A stretch of 63,973 nt of DNA, counting the filler, from Basidioascus undulatus (lineage: Eukaryota), in assembly GCA_000826855.1 (NCBI GenBank). It is 3 parts of 3 records of this genome, joined end to end, with 100 filler letters (N's around TTAATTAATTAA, not from the genome) between each part and the next. Parts side by side here need not be neighbours in the genome. Positions count along the whole stretch, not along the records: positions 1 to 21,939 come from JTLS01000309.1; positions 22,040 to 43,943 come from JTLS01000310.1; 1 more part is not named here. The stretch is one strand, 5' to 3'. The position numbers were made by a program, and so were the translations under genes. The notes below the pieces were generated by a model, which searched no databases, was not told the origin of the DNA, and saw only the letters and a list, made by a program, of their open reading frames with translations. Of this stretch, positions 11,549 to 22,857 are shown piece by piece (within the stretch, counting starts at the first letter, position 1; every line of letters starts with the position of its first letter).

Positions 11549-13276
11549 TCAACCGAACAAGAACCTCGTCGTGCCCTCGTTCGCCTTCGCCGCGTCCAGC
11601 CCGGCCCCAACAACCTTGATGACCTCCTCACGAACCGGCTGTACGCCAGGCACCGCGCCGTCGCTGAGCCGCCGCTTGCGCTTCCCCAGCCCCGCGCCCG
11701 GGTCCGCCTTCCGCCGCCCCTCGGCCTCGCGCAGGCCGATCTTGAGCCGCGTCAGGTCGGCGCCGCCCGGTGGCGGGGAATTGTCCGCGAGGAAGAGGTC
11801 GAGGTACATGTGCACTGCGTCTGCGAGGCGGTCGCGCGGGAGTGAGATGGGGTGTGTTGGTGAGGGATGGATGGGATGGGGGGACGCACCTTCCACATCG
11901 TCAATCTCGGCTAGCCAGCGCTCTTCCCACACCCCACCGCTCTGCAGCATCGCAGCGAGATGGTCGCCCTCGGTTGGAGGCAAGCGCGCGCCGGGAGGGG
12001 AGGAGGAGAGGAGGGCGGCGAGGTACAGCGCCGCGAGGGCGAGGATGTGGGGCGGGTAGATGAGCGGGGCGAGTGTGCGATGGCTGTGCGGAAGGAGCGG
12101 GGTGGTGAATGGCGGCAAGGGGCGGGGCAGGCAGAGTCTCACCTGTCAATGGCGATCTTGAATGCGAGCTTCGAAAGTTGTTGTGAGGCTGTTAGGAGTA
12201 GGAAATGGTGAGACACCAGCGAGCGAAATGCACACGCAGAGTATCTTACCTCCCATTGCTCGCCCGAACTTGATCACCCACGTGAAAGGTTGGCGGACAT
12301 TGAAGCTGAACGATATGGTCTCGAGCACGAGGCGCTCGATCCCCAGCAGCCTTTTCCGCTCGCTCTCGAGCGTCTGTCATACATCCAGCTCCAGCAATTA
12401 GCGTGGATGTTCGCGAGAAGTGCATGGCGACTCGGAGGAGAGATTGGCGCACCGCATCGTCGACCGCAACCTCGCCCTTAGTCGTCTTCCCGACCAGCTC
12501 GGGATGGCGGATGGCGAAGGCGCCGATGAGGATCTCGCGCAGCTTCTTGAGCGTGTCGTGCATCTTGGAGGACACGAATAAGCACGCGGTCGCGACGTCC
12601 TGTACAGTTTGGGTGCTCTCTGTCAGTTCGTTCCTTCCGATGGGGTGCGAATAGGAACGGACGTAGAATGCGAAGTCCTTGAGAGGGTAGAACAGATGGA
12701 ACCGGTGATAGAGAACTTGCGCCGTAGCGATGGTCCTTCTCGGACTGCCCATCCCTCGCCGTCAGCTCCGGTCTCCCTCTGGCAGGAACGAGCGACTCAC
12801 AAGCCCAAGCTCCCGCCCAGCGACTCCAAGAACCCGCACGCCATCTTCCTCACGCCCTCCGCCTTGCGCTCCGCGATCTTCCCCCGCTGTCTCGCGCTCA
12901 GCTCCGCGACCTCCTGCGGCGTGAAGTACGCATGGAACCGCTTGGTCGTGATCGCCTCGTCCTCGGCGGGCGGCGGGAGCTGCTGCTCCTCCGGGACGAG
13001 TGGAGGTGCGGTTCGTTGCTCTGGGGGAGGCGGCGCAGGGACTGGGGTGGGGACGGGTGCTGGCACTGGTGTTGGTGTCGGTGTTGCTCCTGGTACGAAT
13101 ACTGGGGGTTGAGGCGGAGGCCGCGGAGGGAGGGCCGAGGTCGAGGGGGTTGGGCCCGGAGGAGGAGTAGGATAGGGCGGAGGGCGCGGAGGGAGAGGGA
13201 AGCCGGGGATGCCTTGTGGGTGCGGAGGTGTAGGGAAATTAGGCCGCATGGGCAGAAAGGGAGGGCGGGGATGCAT
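11549..13276 (-). CDS. CTK2: Cyclin K/Ctk2-type cyclin (RNA Pol II CTD kinase subunit)
   Basis: Pro-rich N-terminus, then a cyclin box: FPRRTIATAQVLYHRFHLFY, ATACLFVSSKMHDTLKK, ERLVLETISFSF, LIYPPHILALAALYLA. The exons splice in frame. Confidence 0.85.
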
Positions 13277-13701
13277 CGTTGGATGAGCCGAGAGGGTGAT
13301 GGACAGAGGTCAAGCTGAGGGAAGGTCGCGCGGAAGACGCGTCGCTTGAAACTTGGCTTCTCGCCATCATCTAATCTACACTCATGCTGCTCTCATTCAC
13401 CATGATAATCAGGCATACTGACCATGCCTTTACACTGTTCGACGTTTGGAACAGCTCGATGTGCAGAGTTTGAGCGGACATCCTCATCCGCGACGGCCCG
13501 TTGCTGTCGCTGTCCTCCCTCGATCGAGTTGAACCAGCGTCCAAGTGCTCCGCGTCTTCCACTTCGCAGTCCTCCTGGCACTCTCTCCGTGACCATTGAC
13601 TCCCCAATCACGCACCTGCCTTACGAGCACCCTCACGCCCATTCACGATCCACTCACGCCCACGCACGCCTGAACAAAATTCTCACATGCATGCTCGACG
13701 C

Positions 13702-15161
13702 ATGCGTTCCTTTACCGCCTTTCTCATCCTCTCACTGTCCGCTTCAGCAGCGGTGGCATGGCCGGGTTGTTCCACCTCTCAGTTCGCCTGGGTTCGTCAA
13801 GCCCCTCACGCTAAGGCTGGGTACCGCACGCTCGCTCACTATGCACGGGGATCAGTCACTGGTGAACAGCACGGACGTCTGCGATCAGGCTGGGCTGCTG
13901 TTGGAACGCTGCGACTTTAGTGATCGCTCACGGACTTCCTTCACTAGTCTCCATTGCTTCCGCTAATCCGCTGCTCTGCGGGACAGGTGCATCGATCGAT
14001 GCGTACTGGAACGCAAGCGCTGCGTCCTACGCACCTCCCTCGGGCGACGATGCAACGTCTTGTGCTTGCTCGGCCGTCGTTTACAACCTTATCTCAGGTG
14101 CGTTTCTCAAATGGATGGTACGCGCAAGGACGAGGTGACTACATGGGAGAGACTTTTAAACAGCTTGCGCTGCCTGCCAGGACGAGAAGACTTGTGGCGC
14201 TTGGCCAACGTGGTCTAGTACGTCCTCATTGATCCTGCCATGATTGGAAACTGGCTCACTCTCTCTAGAATGGATTGCCGCCTGCTCCACCTCTTCGCTA
14301 TCGTGCGTTTCAACTTCCACTGCCCGTCTACGCCCTCTCACGTCCGCGCCCGCCTTACAGCTTCCCGCACGTATACCCCGAGTCCTACACTCCTCCCGTC
14401 TGGGCATTCGTAAGCCCCAACAGTACCGGCGACGGCGCCTGGTCCTTCGGACTCTCGTACGCGCTCTCCGCGGGCCATCTCGCCCTGGGGTCCGATGGGC
14501 GCGTGAGCGTCATCAGCAAACGCTGTGACGACTGCGAGGGCGGCGCAGGCGGCACGCAGGACGACCTGGACGACTGCGAGCACGATCTTGGGATCTACTT
14601 CCCTTTGGCAATAGCGTTCATCATCCTCGCAGGGTCCGCATAGGCCGTCCATCTTCCTCTAGTCCTGCCCGCTGACGAGCAACTCGTACGACGGACAGCC
14701 TCCTTCTCGCGCTCTTGGCACTCCTCTTCCTCAGGGGAGGAGAACAAATAAACGAGACGTTCGTCTGGCCACCGGCGTTCGTCTCCTACCCACCAACGGC
14801 CGAAGCGTCCCGCTCGCCAACTCCGCCTCCGCCTCCGCCTCCTTGTCCCGCGCCTGCACCCGCACCTCCGTCTATTTGCCCCAGGCCTGCACCAGCGCCC
14901 GCACCTCCTCCTAAACCCACTCCGCCCCGTCCTCAACCCTCGCCCCCAGCATGCTACTCGTACTGCGCCCCTCTCCAGCCGCCCCGACCTCCCGTGTTCA
15001 AGCAACTCCCCACATACTTCCCGCCGCCGCAGGGCGCGGATAGATACCCGACATGCGATCCTCGGGGCTCGGTGGCGTGGCCGAAGTGGTGCGTTCGTTT
15101 TGAAGATTTTGTGCTCGAGCGGAGAAGCACATGGATGCTGATCTGGTGGGACTCTAGGTGA
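13702..15161 (+). CDS. Signal peptide + Cys-rich ectodomain + single TM helix + Pro-rich tail (basidiomycete type I membrane protein)
   Basis: Signal MRSFTAFLILSLSASAAVAW, Cys motif CACSAVVYNLISACAACQ, TM LGIYFPLAIAFIILAGLLLALLALLFL. The exons splice in frame. Confidence 0.7.
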
Positions 15162-16580
15162 AGGCACAGTATGAAAGGCTGTTTGAAAGGGGGGAAGACT
15201 ACATTTGCTATTGTTTTCGTTCGGGATGATCTGCAGTGCACATATGCGTTCTGTTTCGCACTAGACAGTCGGGCAATGCAAATTGGTAGCGCTTCCCATG
15301 GGACAGCGCTTGTTGAAACGTTTTGTATTTCACCAAAAAAAATCAAGTGAATCAAAGTATTATGCTGCACGTTGGCGTTGGGCGGCGCAGTCAGTAGCAA
15401 TGCCAGCAACTGGCGTCTCTAAATCGAGGTTCACAAATGTTCACGACACTTTCTCGAAGAATACAGACGCTGGTAGACTTAATGAAACTGTGTTGCTCGA
15501 CTTGAGAGATGGAATGTACCCAATTACTCCCGTTTCTTCCTCCCTCTTCTTGACAGCGAACCTGTCCTCTTCGGCGATGAAGCGGGAAGCCCGCGGAGCC
15601 ATGGTGCAGCACGTCTTCGCCAAGCTTGTATCTCAAATATTGAACGGTGATTTTGGTTGTTACAGTATCCATACCAGCTCAACAAGCTTTCCTCATGCGT
15701 CCCCTATGTCGCGCCATTGAACTGTTTGCCTCCCCGCCTTCTCCCGGTGCCTGAGAGATGGCGTGATGACCCTTACTTATCTTTCTCTGCAGTGCTGCTC
15801 GGTGCATAAATGCTTTTCTTGGAGATCGTTGCACAGCGTTCCGCCTCGGCTCGGAGCATAACCCACAAGATGTCTCTTTCTCGCCCTCCCCGCCTCGAGT
15901 CGAATGAAAAGCAGACGCCGCTGGACGTTAAGCGCCATGCGAGCGAGCTCGCGCTCGCGCAGACGCCTTACGTCGAAGCGAAGGACGCGGACCGCAGCTG
16001 AAAGCTCGTTACGGAGCACGGCGAACAGAGATGAGCGACGCACAGAGGTTTGCGTCCGCGAAAGACGATGAACCGGCTCACGTCGTACATGGCGAACATG
16101 CGCAAGGTCCACAATGCCTCTCATTTCAGGGAATATCAGTCGAGGCGTGCGTGGGCTTCGGACCGAGTGCCGCGAATCATCTTCTCGCCGATGTCGAGTA
16201 TTCGGTACGACTCTGCGGCGCCGCCTTTAATAAACTGCCAGACCTTCTCGGAAGACAAATTAGGGTATAGACTATACATGATGCTCGTGAACGTTTTCAA
16301 AATCAGTTGTGGGATCAACCCGTCGGGGTAAGTCCAGCAAAGAGTAGGTAACGACAAGCCTGTGCTCTGCGCAGCGCAACTTCGGCATTCTGCAAGTCGC
16401 CTGTGTAGCTTGGGACTCTTTGGCTCGATTTGCGAGGAGCATCAGAGCTCGGATGTCGACGCCCTCTCAAAAAACCAGGCGAGCGAGCCGCGCACTTCCC
16501 AAGCACCATGCCTGCACGTCGTCATCAGCGTATCCGCACCCTCACACGCACAGTCGACAGTTCCCCAGTAAACCGATGCA

Positions 16581-17700
16581 TCACGCCCCCGCCTGGGCTG
16601 CCTGGACCGCGCGGACCCCATCCGGCGCGCCCGGCAGCTCCCGCTCCTCGGTCCCCTCCAGCTTCGCCCACACCCTCTCCGCAATCGCCCTAAACACCGC
16701 CCAAGTCGGCGTCTCCTTATACCTCTCCAACACAGTCTCCTTCACCTCCCCACTCTCCCGCCCACTCTCCAGTTCCCTCTCCCTCTCCTCCCTCACATCA
16801 TCCAACATCCTCACCAACCGCGGGTCAATGGGCACGCGCCCCAGAAACGTCAAGCCCTCGCGCACTGCCAATGCTTCGCCTCCCCCTGAGGAGAAGACGT
16901 TTGTGCATTCCGCGCAGAAGGGGCACGCGTAGCCGGACATGTTCTCCACGAGGCCGAGGACGGGGAGTGAGATCGTGCGCGTGAAGGAGAGCTCCTTGAC
17001 CACGTCGGAGAGGGCGACGGCTTGAGGGGTCGTTACGAGCACGGAGGTCAGGCGGGAGTGCAGGGGCGCGAGGTGCTCGGTTAGGGCGATGTGCTCGTCG
17101 GAGGTGCCTGGCCGCGCGCGCTGTCAGAAACCAGGAAGGAGGGTGGAGGGAAGGTGCAACGCGACGGGGAAGGGGTGTGGAGGGGTGGAGGGGGTGGGTT
17201 AGAGGGCGCACCGGGAGGAGTATCGATTATGAGCACGTCGCAGTCCCACCGCACGTCGGCGAGGAACTGCCTAATCATCGCCGTCTTCTTCGGCCCGCGC
17301 CACACGACCGCGTCCTCCTTCCTCTTCAACAGAAACCCAATGCTCATGACCTCCAGCCGTCCTGTACTCTCACTCCTCCTCAGCCACCAGCTCGTACGAA
17401 AGAAGGAAGACCACGCGACGCACCTTCCCGATCCCCGAACACCGGCACCCACCCCTCCCCGCCCATGCCCATCCTTACGCTCTCCCCATCCAGCCCGAGC
17501 ATGCGCGGGATGCTCGGCCCCGTCAAATCGACGTCGAGGAGGCCGATCTTGGTCGACGCGGGGCAGAGCGCCAGGAGGGAGAGCGCCAGCTGCGTCGCGA
17601 CGGAGGACTTGCCGACGCCGCCCTTGCCGGAGAGGACGAGGATCACGTGCTTCACTTTGCAGAGCCGGCGCGAGACGGGGGTGGATGTAGATGCGGACAT
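16581..17700 (-). CDS. CFD1: Cytosolic Fe-S cluster assembly P-loop NTPase Cfd1/NUBP2
   Basis: Motifs [59 protein letters not shown]. It lacks the N-terminal ferredoxin Cys motif of Nbp35. Confidence 0.92.
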
Positions 17701-17975
17701 TATAGGCAGTGCCGATGTGACGGTGAGAGAAGGTGCGAGGGGAAGTGGGAGTTGGTGAGAGGGGAAGACGCGGTGCTTGATCAGCGGCAGGTGGGCGTGC
17801 GAATCTTACGTCAGTTGCCGGGCAAGAACCGCGGACATCCACGGAGGCGAGTGGGCAAGTGGGTATCAAGTGCGATTGCGATGCGAAATAGAGTACAAAG
17901 TAACAAAAACTCCCAAGTCCCGAGGAGAAACGAAACGAATACGAAGAGGAGAAGAGTGTGAGAATGCGAAAGGCG

Positions 17976-18885
17976 TCAGCCCCAAGCGATCGCCGTGCTG
18001 CGCGAGTGGGTAGGCGTGTCAGCTACGCTCGAACGCATGTGCCCAAGGAAGCATCGGACGCGCCTGTAGTTAACTATCAAATGCCCATCCGTCTGGAAAC
18101 ACTGCGTCCCAAACCCATCCTATCAGCCTCCGCCTTCCCGCCTCACTCCGCGCCCCCGCCCGTCCCTTTACGCACCTTGAACAGATTCGCGACCACGTCG
18201 TCTGGCGCGGGCGCGAAGCTGGCGTTGATATAACAGAACTGCTCTCCGCATGCCACCCCTGATCAGCTCCGAACTCCCCACCTCTCCATCTCCCCATCTC
18301 CCCAGCTTCCCGAAAGAAGGAGAAAGGGGGAAGGGAAGGAGGAAGACGCCAGCAACGCACCAGGCTCCCCGCCGACCCCGCCATGCCCAGCTCCTTCCGC
18401 AGGAAGGTGACGACAGCCTGGAACTTATGCGAGGACGTGATGCGGTACATGTTTTGCTTCATTATGGGGGCGCTGCCGATTGCTTTGAAGCGGATCACCA
18501 CTTCAGGGAGGGGGGTGGGCGTGTCAGCGCAACTCGGGGTGCTCGTGCTCTCGATCCGCTCAGCATATTCCTCATCCCAAGGCCCACGGCGCTCGACCCT
18601 TCATCCCGCTGCCCCGCTCTAACCCTCTCCAACCGCCGAAGACTCACCTTTCTGCCCACCCCCCTTCCGCTTCATGACCTCCACAACCTCCCGTCCCGCC
18701 GCTCCCACCCCCCGCGTCCTGACCATCTCGGCCGTATCTATCTCCGCCCCGTCCCCTGCTCCAGGGTTCTCGCTGTTCGGCGTCGGCGTGCTGAGGGGCG
18801 GGACCGGCGGGGGCGTGGGCGAGGGCGAGAGGAGGGACTCTGTTTGGGGGACGGGCGGCAGGAGGGGCGGGGAGAGGGTGCTCAT
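17976..18885 (-). CDS. ATG12: Ubiquitin-like autophagy protein Atg12
   Basis: Exons read [16 protein letters not shown]...[38 protein letters not shown], and a terminal STAIAWG*. Confidence 0.92.
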
Positions 18886-20104
18886 CGCTGGGTTCGCGTG
18901 CGGGAAGGTAATCGGGTGCGAATAGGTGAGGATGGGAAATGAAGAATGGAAGAATGGACGACAGCGAGAGGAAGACCAGGCGATGGACGCGTTTCGGAGG
19001 GTCGGAGCGCGGACCGCGAAGGCGAGCGTCGGGGGCGGAGGAGTCTGGCACAAGGAGCAGGGGCGCCAAAGAACGCTCATTCATTTTCGGGTGCCGTGTT
19101 CAAATGCTAACCCATTCTTATGGTGGAAAGTTAAGGATCTCACGAGAAGATCTCGAATAGCTAGGCGCACTCAAATGTTCCAGTTGCTCGTTCACTTCCA
19201 GTCAGCTGAGTGGAGAAACACTGGCAGTCTGCCGCTGACACCTGCAGCGTTAGTTCCAGGTTCACGTGAATATGGCATTCGCGAAATCAGTGTTTTGCAT
19301 GAAAAGCACTCAGTGTGAGAATTCCCATGTCCTGCAGGATGTCCTCATGCCTTGCAGGACAGTCCCCGTGTCCCCTGGGATGCCCTCATGTCCTATGGGA
19401 GACACATTGCCTTGTCCTCCGATATGTCCCCACTGAATTCTTTGTTTCAAACTATTCACCCACCTGGGTTGGTATGCAATCCAGCAGCGAAAAAGCAGCA
19501 GGGACGATGTTGAGTGCAGTGTGTGCCGTGTGGTCTTCTCATCTTTCAACCAAAAAAACCCTTGACATCAACACACCCCTTTCAGTGGGTGACTCACCCA
19601 GATAGCATAGCATTTTCGAACAAAACAAAAAGAAGAGTCAAGCGCTCCTTCGATGATTTCTCGAAGTTAGTCGGGGCGGCGTCAGTCGAAGCTGTTTGAG
19701 AAGGAGGGAAGAGGAGTCCCTTTCCCACCATACTTTCCATTTTTCTTTCCTAGGCCGACAAGGTACTTCCATATAAGCGTTAGTGTTTTGGACATGCTCC
19801 AGCACAACTCCCAGAACTGTAGCGGCGCTGTTCAATGTAGCTGCCCATCAAAGTAGGAATCGTCATAATTGTTTCTTATATCAGGAAGAGCCTCCTTGTT
19901 TTGTATGAGAAGAAATAGATTCTTCCATATTTGTGCACTGTGAACCAAATCTGCACCGCAACGCCCGCTACCAAGGCAAGCCAAGATCTGCCCCGCAGGC
20001 GCCTTGATCTCCTTGTCTCTCTACCATCATCATTGCCGCGCACTCACCTTCGCATATCCTCGTTCACGCTAAGCCGCTAATTTACACTCAATTATTTTCG
20101 ACTC

Positions 20105-21300
20105 ATGAGCCTATCAAGCTCACTCCTCCTCGATGACGAGTTAGACCTCCCTGATGGACCTTTGACCGCGAACCCTTGGGCTTCTGTACGGCTAACATCG
20201 CTTCCTACCTGCTCGATTTCTCGTTCTCATATAGTACCTTCACATCGAAACGCCAGACCTCGGCCGACGCTCCGCCTGCGCGTGAGCTGAGGGAGAGTGG
20301 TTAGGGGACCGAAGACGCGAGTGGGTTCTCCTCCTTCCCCTCGTCCAAAAGAGGCCACTAAGACGGTGTGTGTCGTTCGTCGGATATTCAGACGATTGAC
20401 CGCGCGATACGCTCGATAGCTCGAAATGGTCCACCGGCGCCGAGTTGGATAGGTCGCGCATGCTGCAGAAGGCGCAGCTGGGGGCGGTCAATAGCTGTGA
20501 GTCTAGGGGACGACAGGCTTGAGGCGGCCACAGTCTTCTCTTGGTCCATGCCAAGGAGGTTGGACCAACATTGCTGTCCAAACGCAAGTTCGAAGACCCG
20601 ACGCCTAGCCCTTCGGCTAGAATCGATGAGGCGCAAGGGACAGGCGAGCAGAGTCTCTTTGCTGCATAATTTTTTGGGAAGGAATCGCTTACGTTGTGAC
20701 GGTGGAACAGCGAAGAACTGGTCCAAGAATGGGGGCTTGACGGACTGGAGGGGTTGGGGAGAGGTACCGCGAGATCAAGCGGCTGAAGAAGAAGGAGAAG
20801 AAGGCACGCTTGAACTCGTGCGTTTCTCATTGGACTCCTTTATTGCCCGGTTCAACTGAAGACCTTTGCTTACGGAAGGACTGTTCCGCCTGCAGAAACC
20901 GGTCGCCTACCCGCCCGCGCACCAAGACCTGCACGACAGACTCGTGCAGCTTGAGAAAGAGCTTCGAGCGCAGAGATCGGCCGCGGCCGAGAAGGAACAG
21001 AAGATTGCCGCTTTCGCTAGAGTCTGAGGTAGAAAGGCGGAGAGCCGCGGAGAGGGAGCTGGAGCGTCGCGGCGGTCGCCCGGGGCAATTATTGCCTCCT
21101 TCCGCGCACCCTCACCTACCCCCGGCTCACCCTTCGCCACCTCGTCGCACATCGGCCGGATCCAGAGGCCCATTACATGGCGCGGATATGCGCTCGACGT
21201 ACTCGCATATTTTGCTGATGTGTAATCTTACAGAGCGTGCTGCCTGTCTTGGAGCGAGGATAGCGATCCTGCTAGCGAAACCGTCTTTAGTCGTGTAGCT
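20105..21300 (+). pseudogene. Degenerate hypothetical coiled-coil protein gene
   Basis: ATG at 20105 with intron-like signals. Fragments YREIKRLKKKEKKARLN and YPPAHQDLHDRLVQLEKELRAQR are interrupted by stops and frame changes. Confidence 0.4.
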
Positions 21301-21939
21301 CCTTGCTCCGCTCTCTCCTTCCCAAACAAACCTGATACTCATCCCGCACAGAATGAAGGTATAAGGTTGCAGTATCTTAAAATATACGTGCAAAGAAAAG
21401 GAGAGCAAGCGAACCGATACCGTCGAAGATGTAACGTCGAGCAGCGTGCAACAAGAAACATACACGCACCCAAGTTGCCCGTTTCTCCAGGCCCTCCGCT
21501 GGTGATGCTTGCTTTGATGGACTACACGCTGGTTTCCAGAGCACCCACCGTCATTCCACTCGCTCCAAACCCGAACTCCCCCAATGATCAGATGCGACTC
21601 TTTCGCACGACCGAGCAGCTGCCGCTCCAAGATCCAGGACCAGCATCACGTCCGAGCAGTTGCACGCAGCGCCCTGCACGCAGAGACACAGAAGAGGTCA
21701 AATGCGGCGTGTGAGGTTCTGGAAAGTGCAGGTGCGAAGAACTGAACAAGGAACAAGGAACGACGAGAAAATGGGCAATTCAATGCGGAGCGAGGGACGA
21801 CAAGACAAAAACGAACGAGCGTAGTAACGCGCAAGCCAAGTGGGCTCGCGGTCGAGAAGAGGGGCGACAACGAAGAACTGAAAGAAAGAATTAAGTAACG
21901 CTAGCACCCATCATCTCCACCTTCCTCTTCAACTCTCAA

Positions 21940-22039
21940 NNNNNNNNNNNNNNNNNNNNNNNNNNNNNNNNNNNNNNNNNNNNTTAATTAATTAANNNNN
22001 NNNNNNNNNNNNNNNNNNNNNNNNNNNNNNNNNNNNNNN
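21940..22039. other. Assembly gap / artificial contig linker
   Basis: 100 nt of N with a central TTAATTAATTAA, which gives stops in all six frames. Confidence 0.98.
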
Positions 22040-22493
22040 GCGTCTCTCCAGTCAGCCCTTCCACTACCTCTGGCACCATGACGCGAACCGACTCACCTCC
22101 CACTTGCGCTTCATCGCCTCCTTCTCCTCCGGCGGGACGTTCAGCGTCCGCGCGCTCCTGCGCGTGGGCTGCACGCGCTCCTTGACCACCGGCGCGGCGG
22201 GGGCGCGCTTCTTGGGCGCCGGCTTGGGACGCTTGTTCGACTTGGTCGAGGAGGCAGGCGATGAGGAGCGCTTGATGCCCAGGGAGGAAGAGGCATTCTG
22301 GAGGTCGAGTTCGTCAAGTAGAGCTTGGTTGGCGAGGCTGGAGAGAGATGGGCATCAGTTGCAAGAACAGTGGCTGGAGAGAAGGACGCGTCGACCCACA
22401 TGTTCTCCCGGCGCTGGCGCTCGCTGTTCAACTGCTGATCAGCATCGGCGCGGAACGTAAGTCATATCAGGCGTACTATTCCGTCTCGTCCAT
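22040..22493 (-). CDS. CMR1: 5' part of a CMR1/WDR76-like DNA damage-binding protein, truncated by the gap
   Basis: Spliced exons give MDETEYERQRRENILANQALLDELDL...QPTRRSARTL...AMKRKWE, matching the CMR1-type N-terminus. The WD40 domain is not in view. Confidence 0.6.
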
Positions 22494-22857
22494 GACAGGA
22501 AAAAATGACTAGCGAAAAGTGGCGATGGGTAAAACGGTGAGTGAGGTGCAAATGATGGAGCGGAAGGAAGACGCGTTCACGCGATCTGCGGGAAATGAGC
22601 TCGCTCGCGGGCGCGTCAAGGCGCGTCGGTCGGCCCTCTCGACCTCCGCCAGCAAGCTTGCTCTCAATATCTTTCGACAGACTTGTCCATATTCGAAGAG
22701 CCGCTTCTGATGCACGAACGTTGGCACCAAACAGTATGAGCAGATCTCCGTGATGATAGTCTGGTTTCAGGCAAAGAGTTGCGCTGTGTCCCTGCAAGCT
22801 CGCTCCTAGGCAAGCCCTACCGCACGCGAAAGCGCGTTCCATATCACCATACGTGCA

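Noticed and set aside
21984..21995. Palindromic TTAATTAATTAA flanked by Ns (also at 43988-43999), resembling a TTAA transposon target site
   Set aside because: An identical six-frame-stop linker centred in exactly 100-nt gaps is an assembly artefact. Adjacency across the gaps is unverified.
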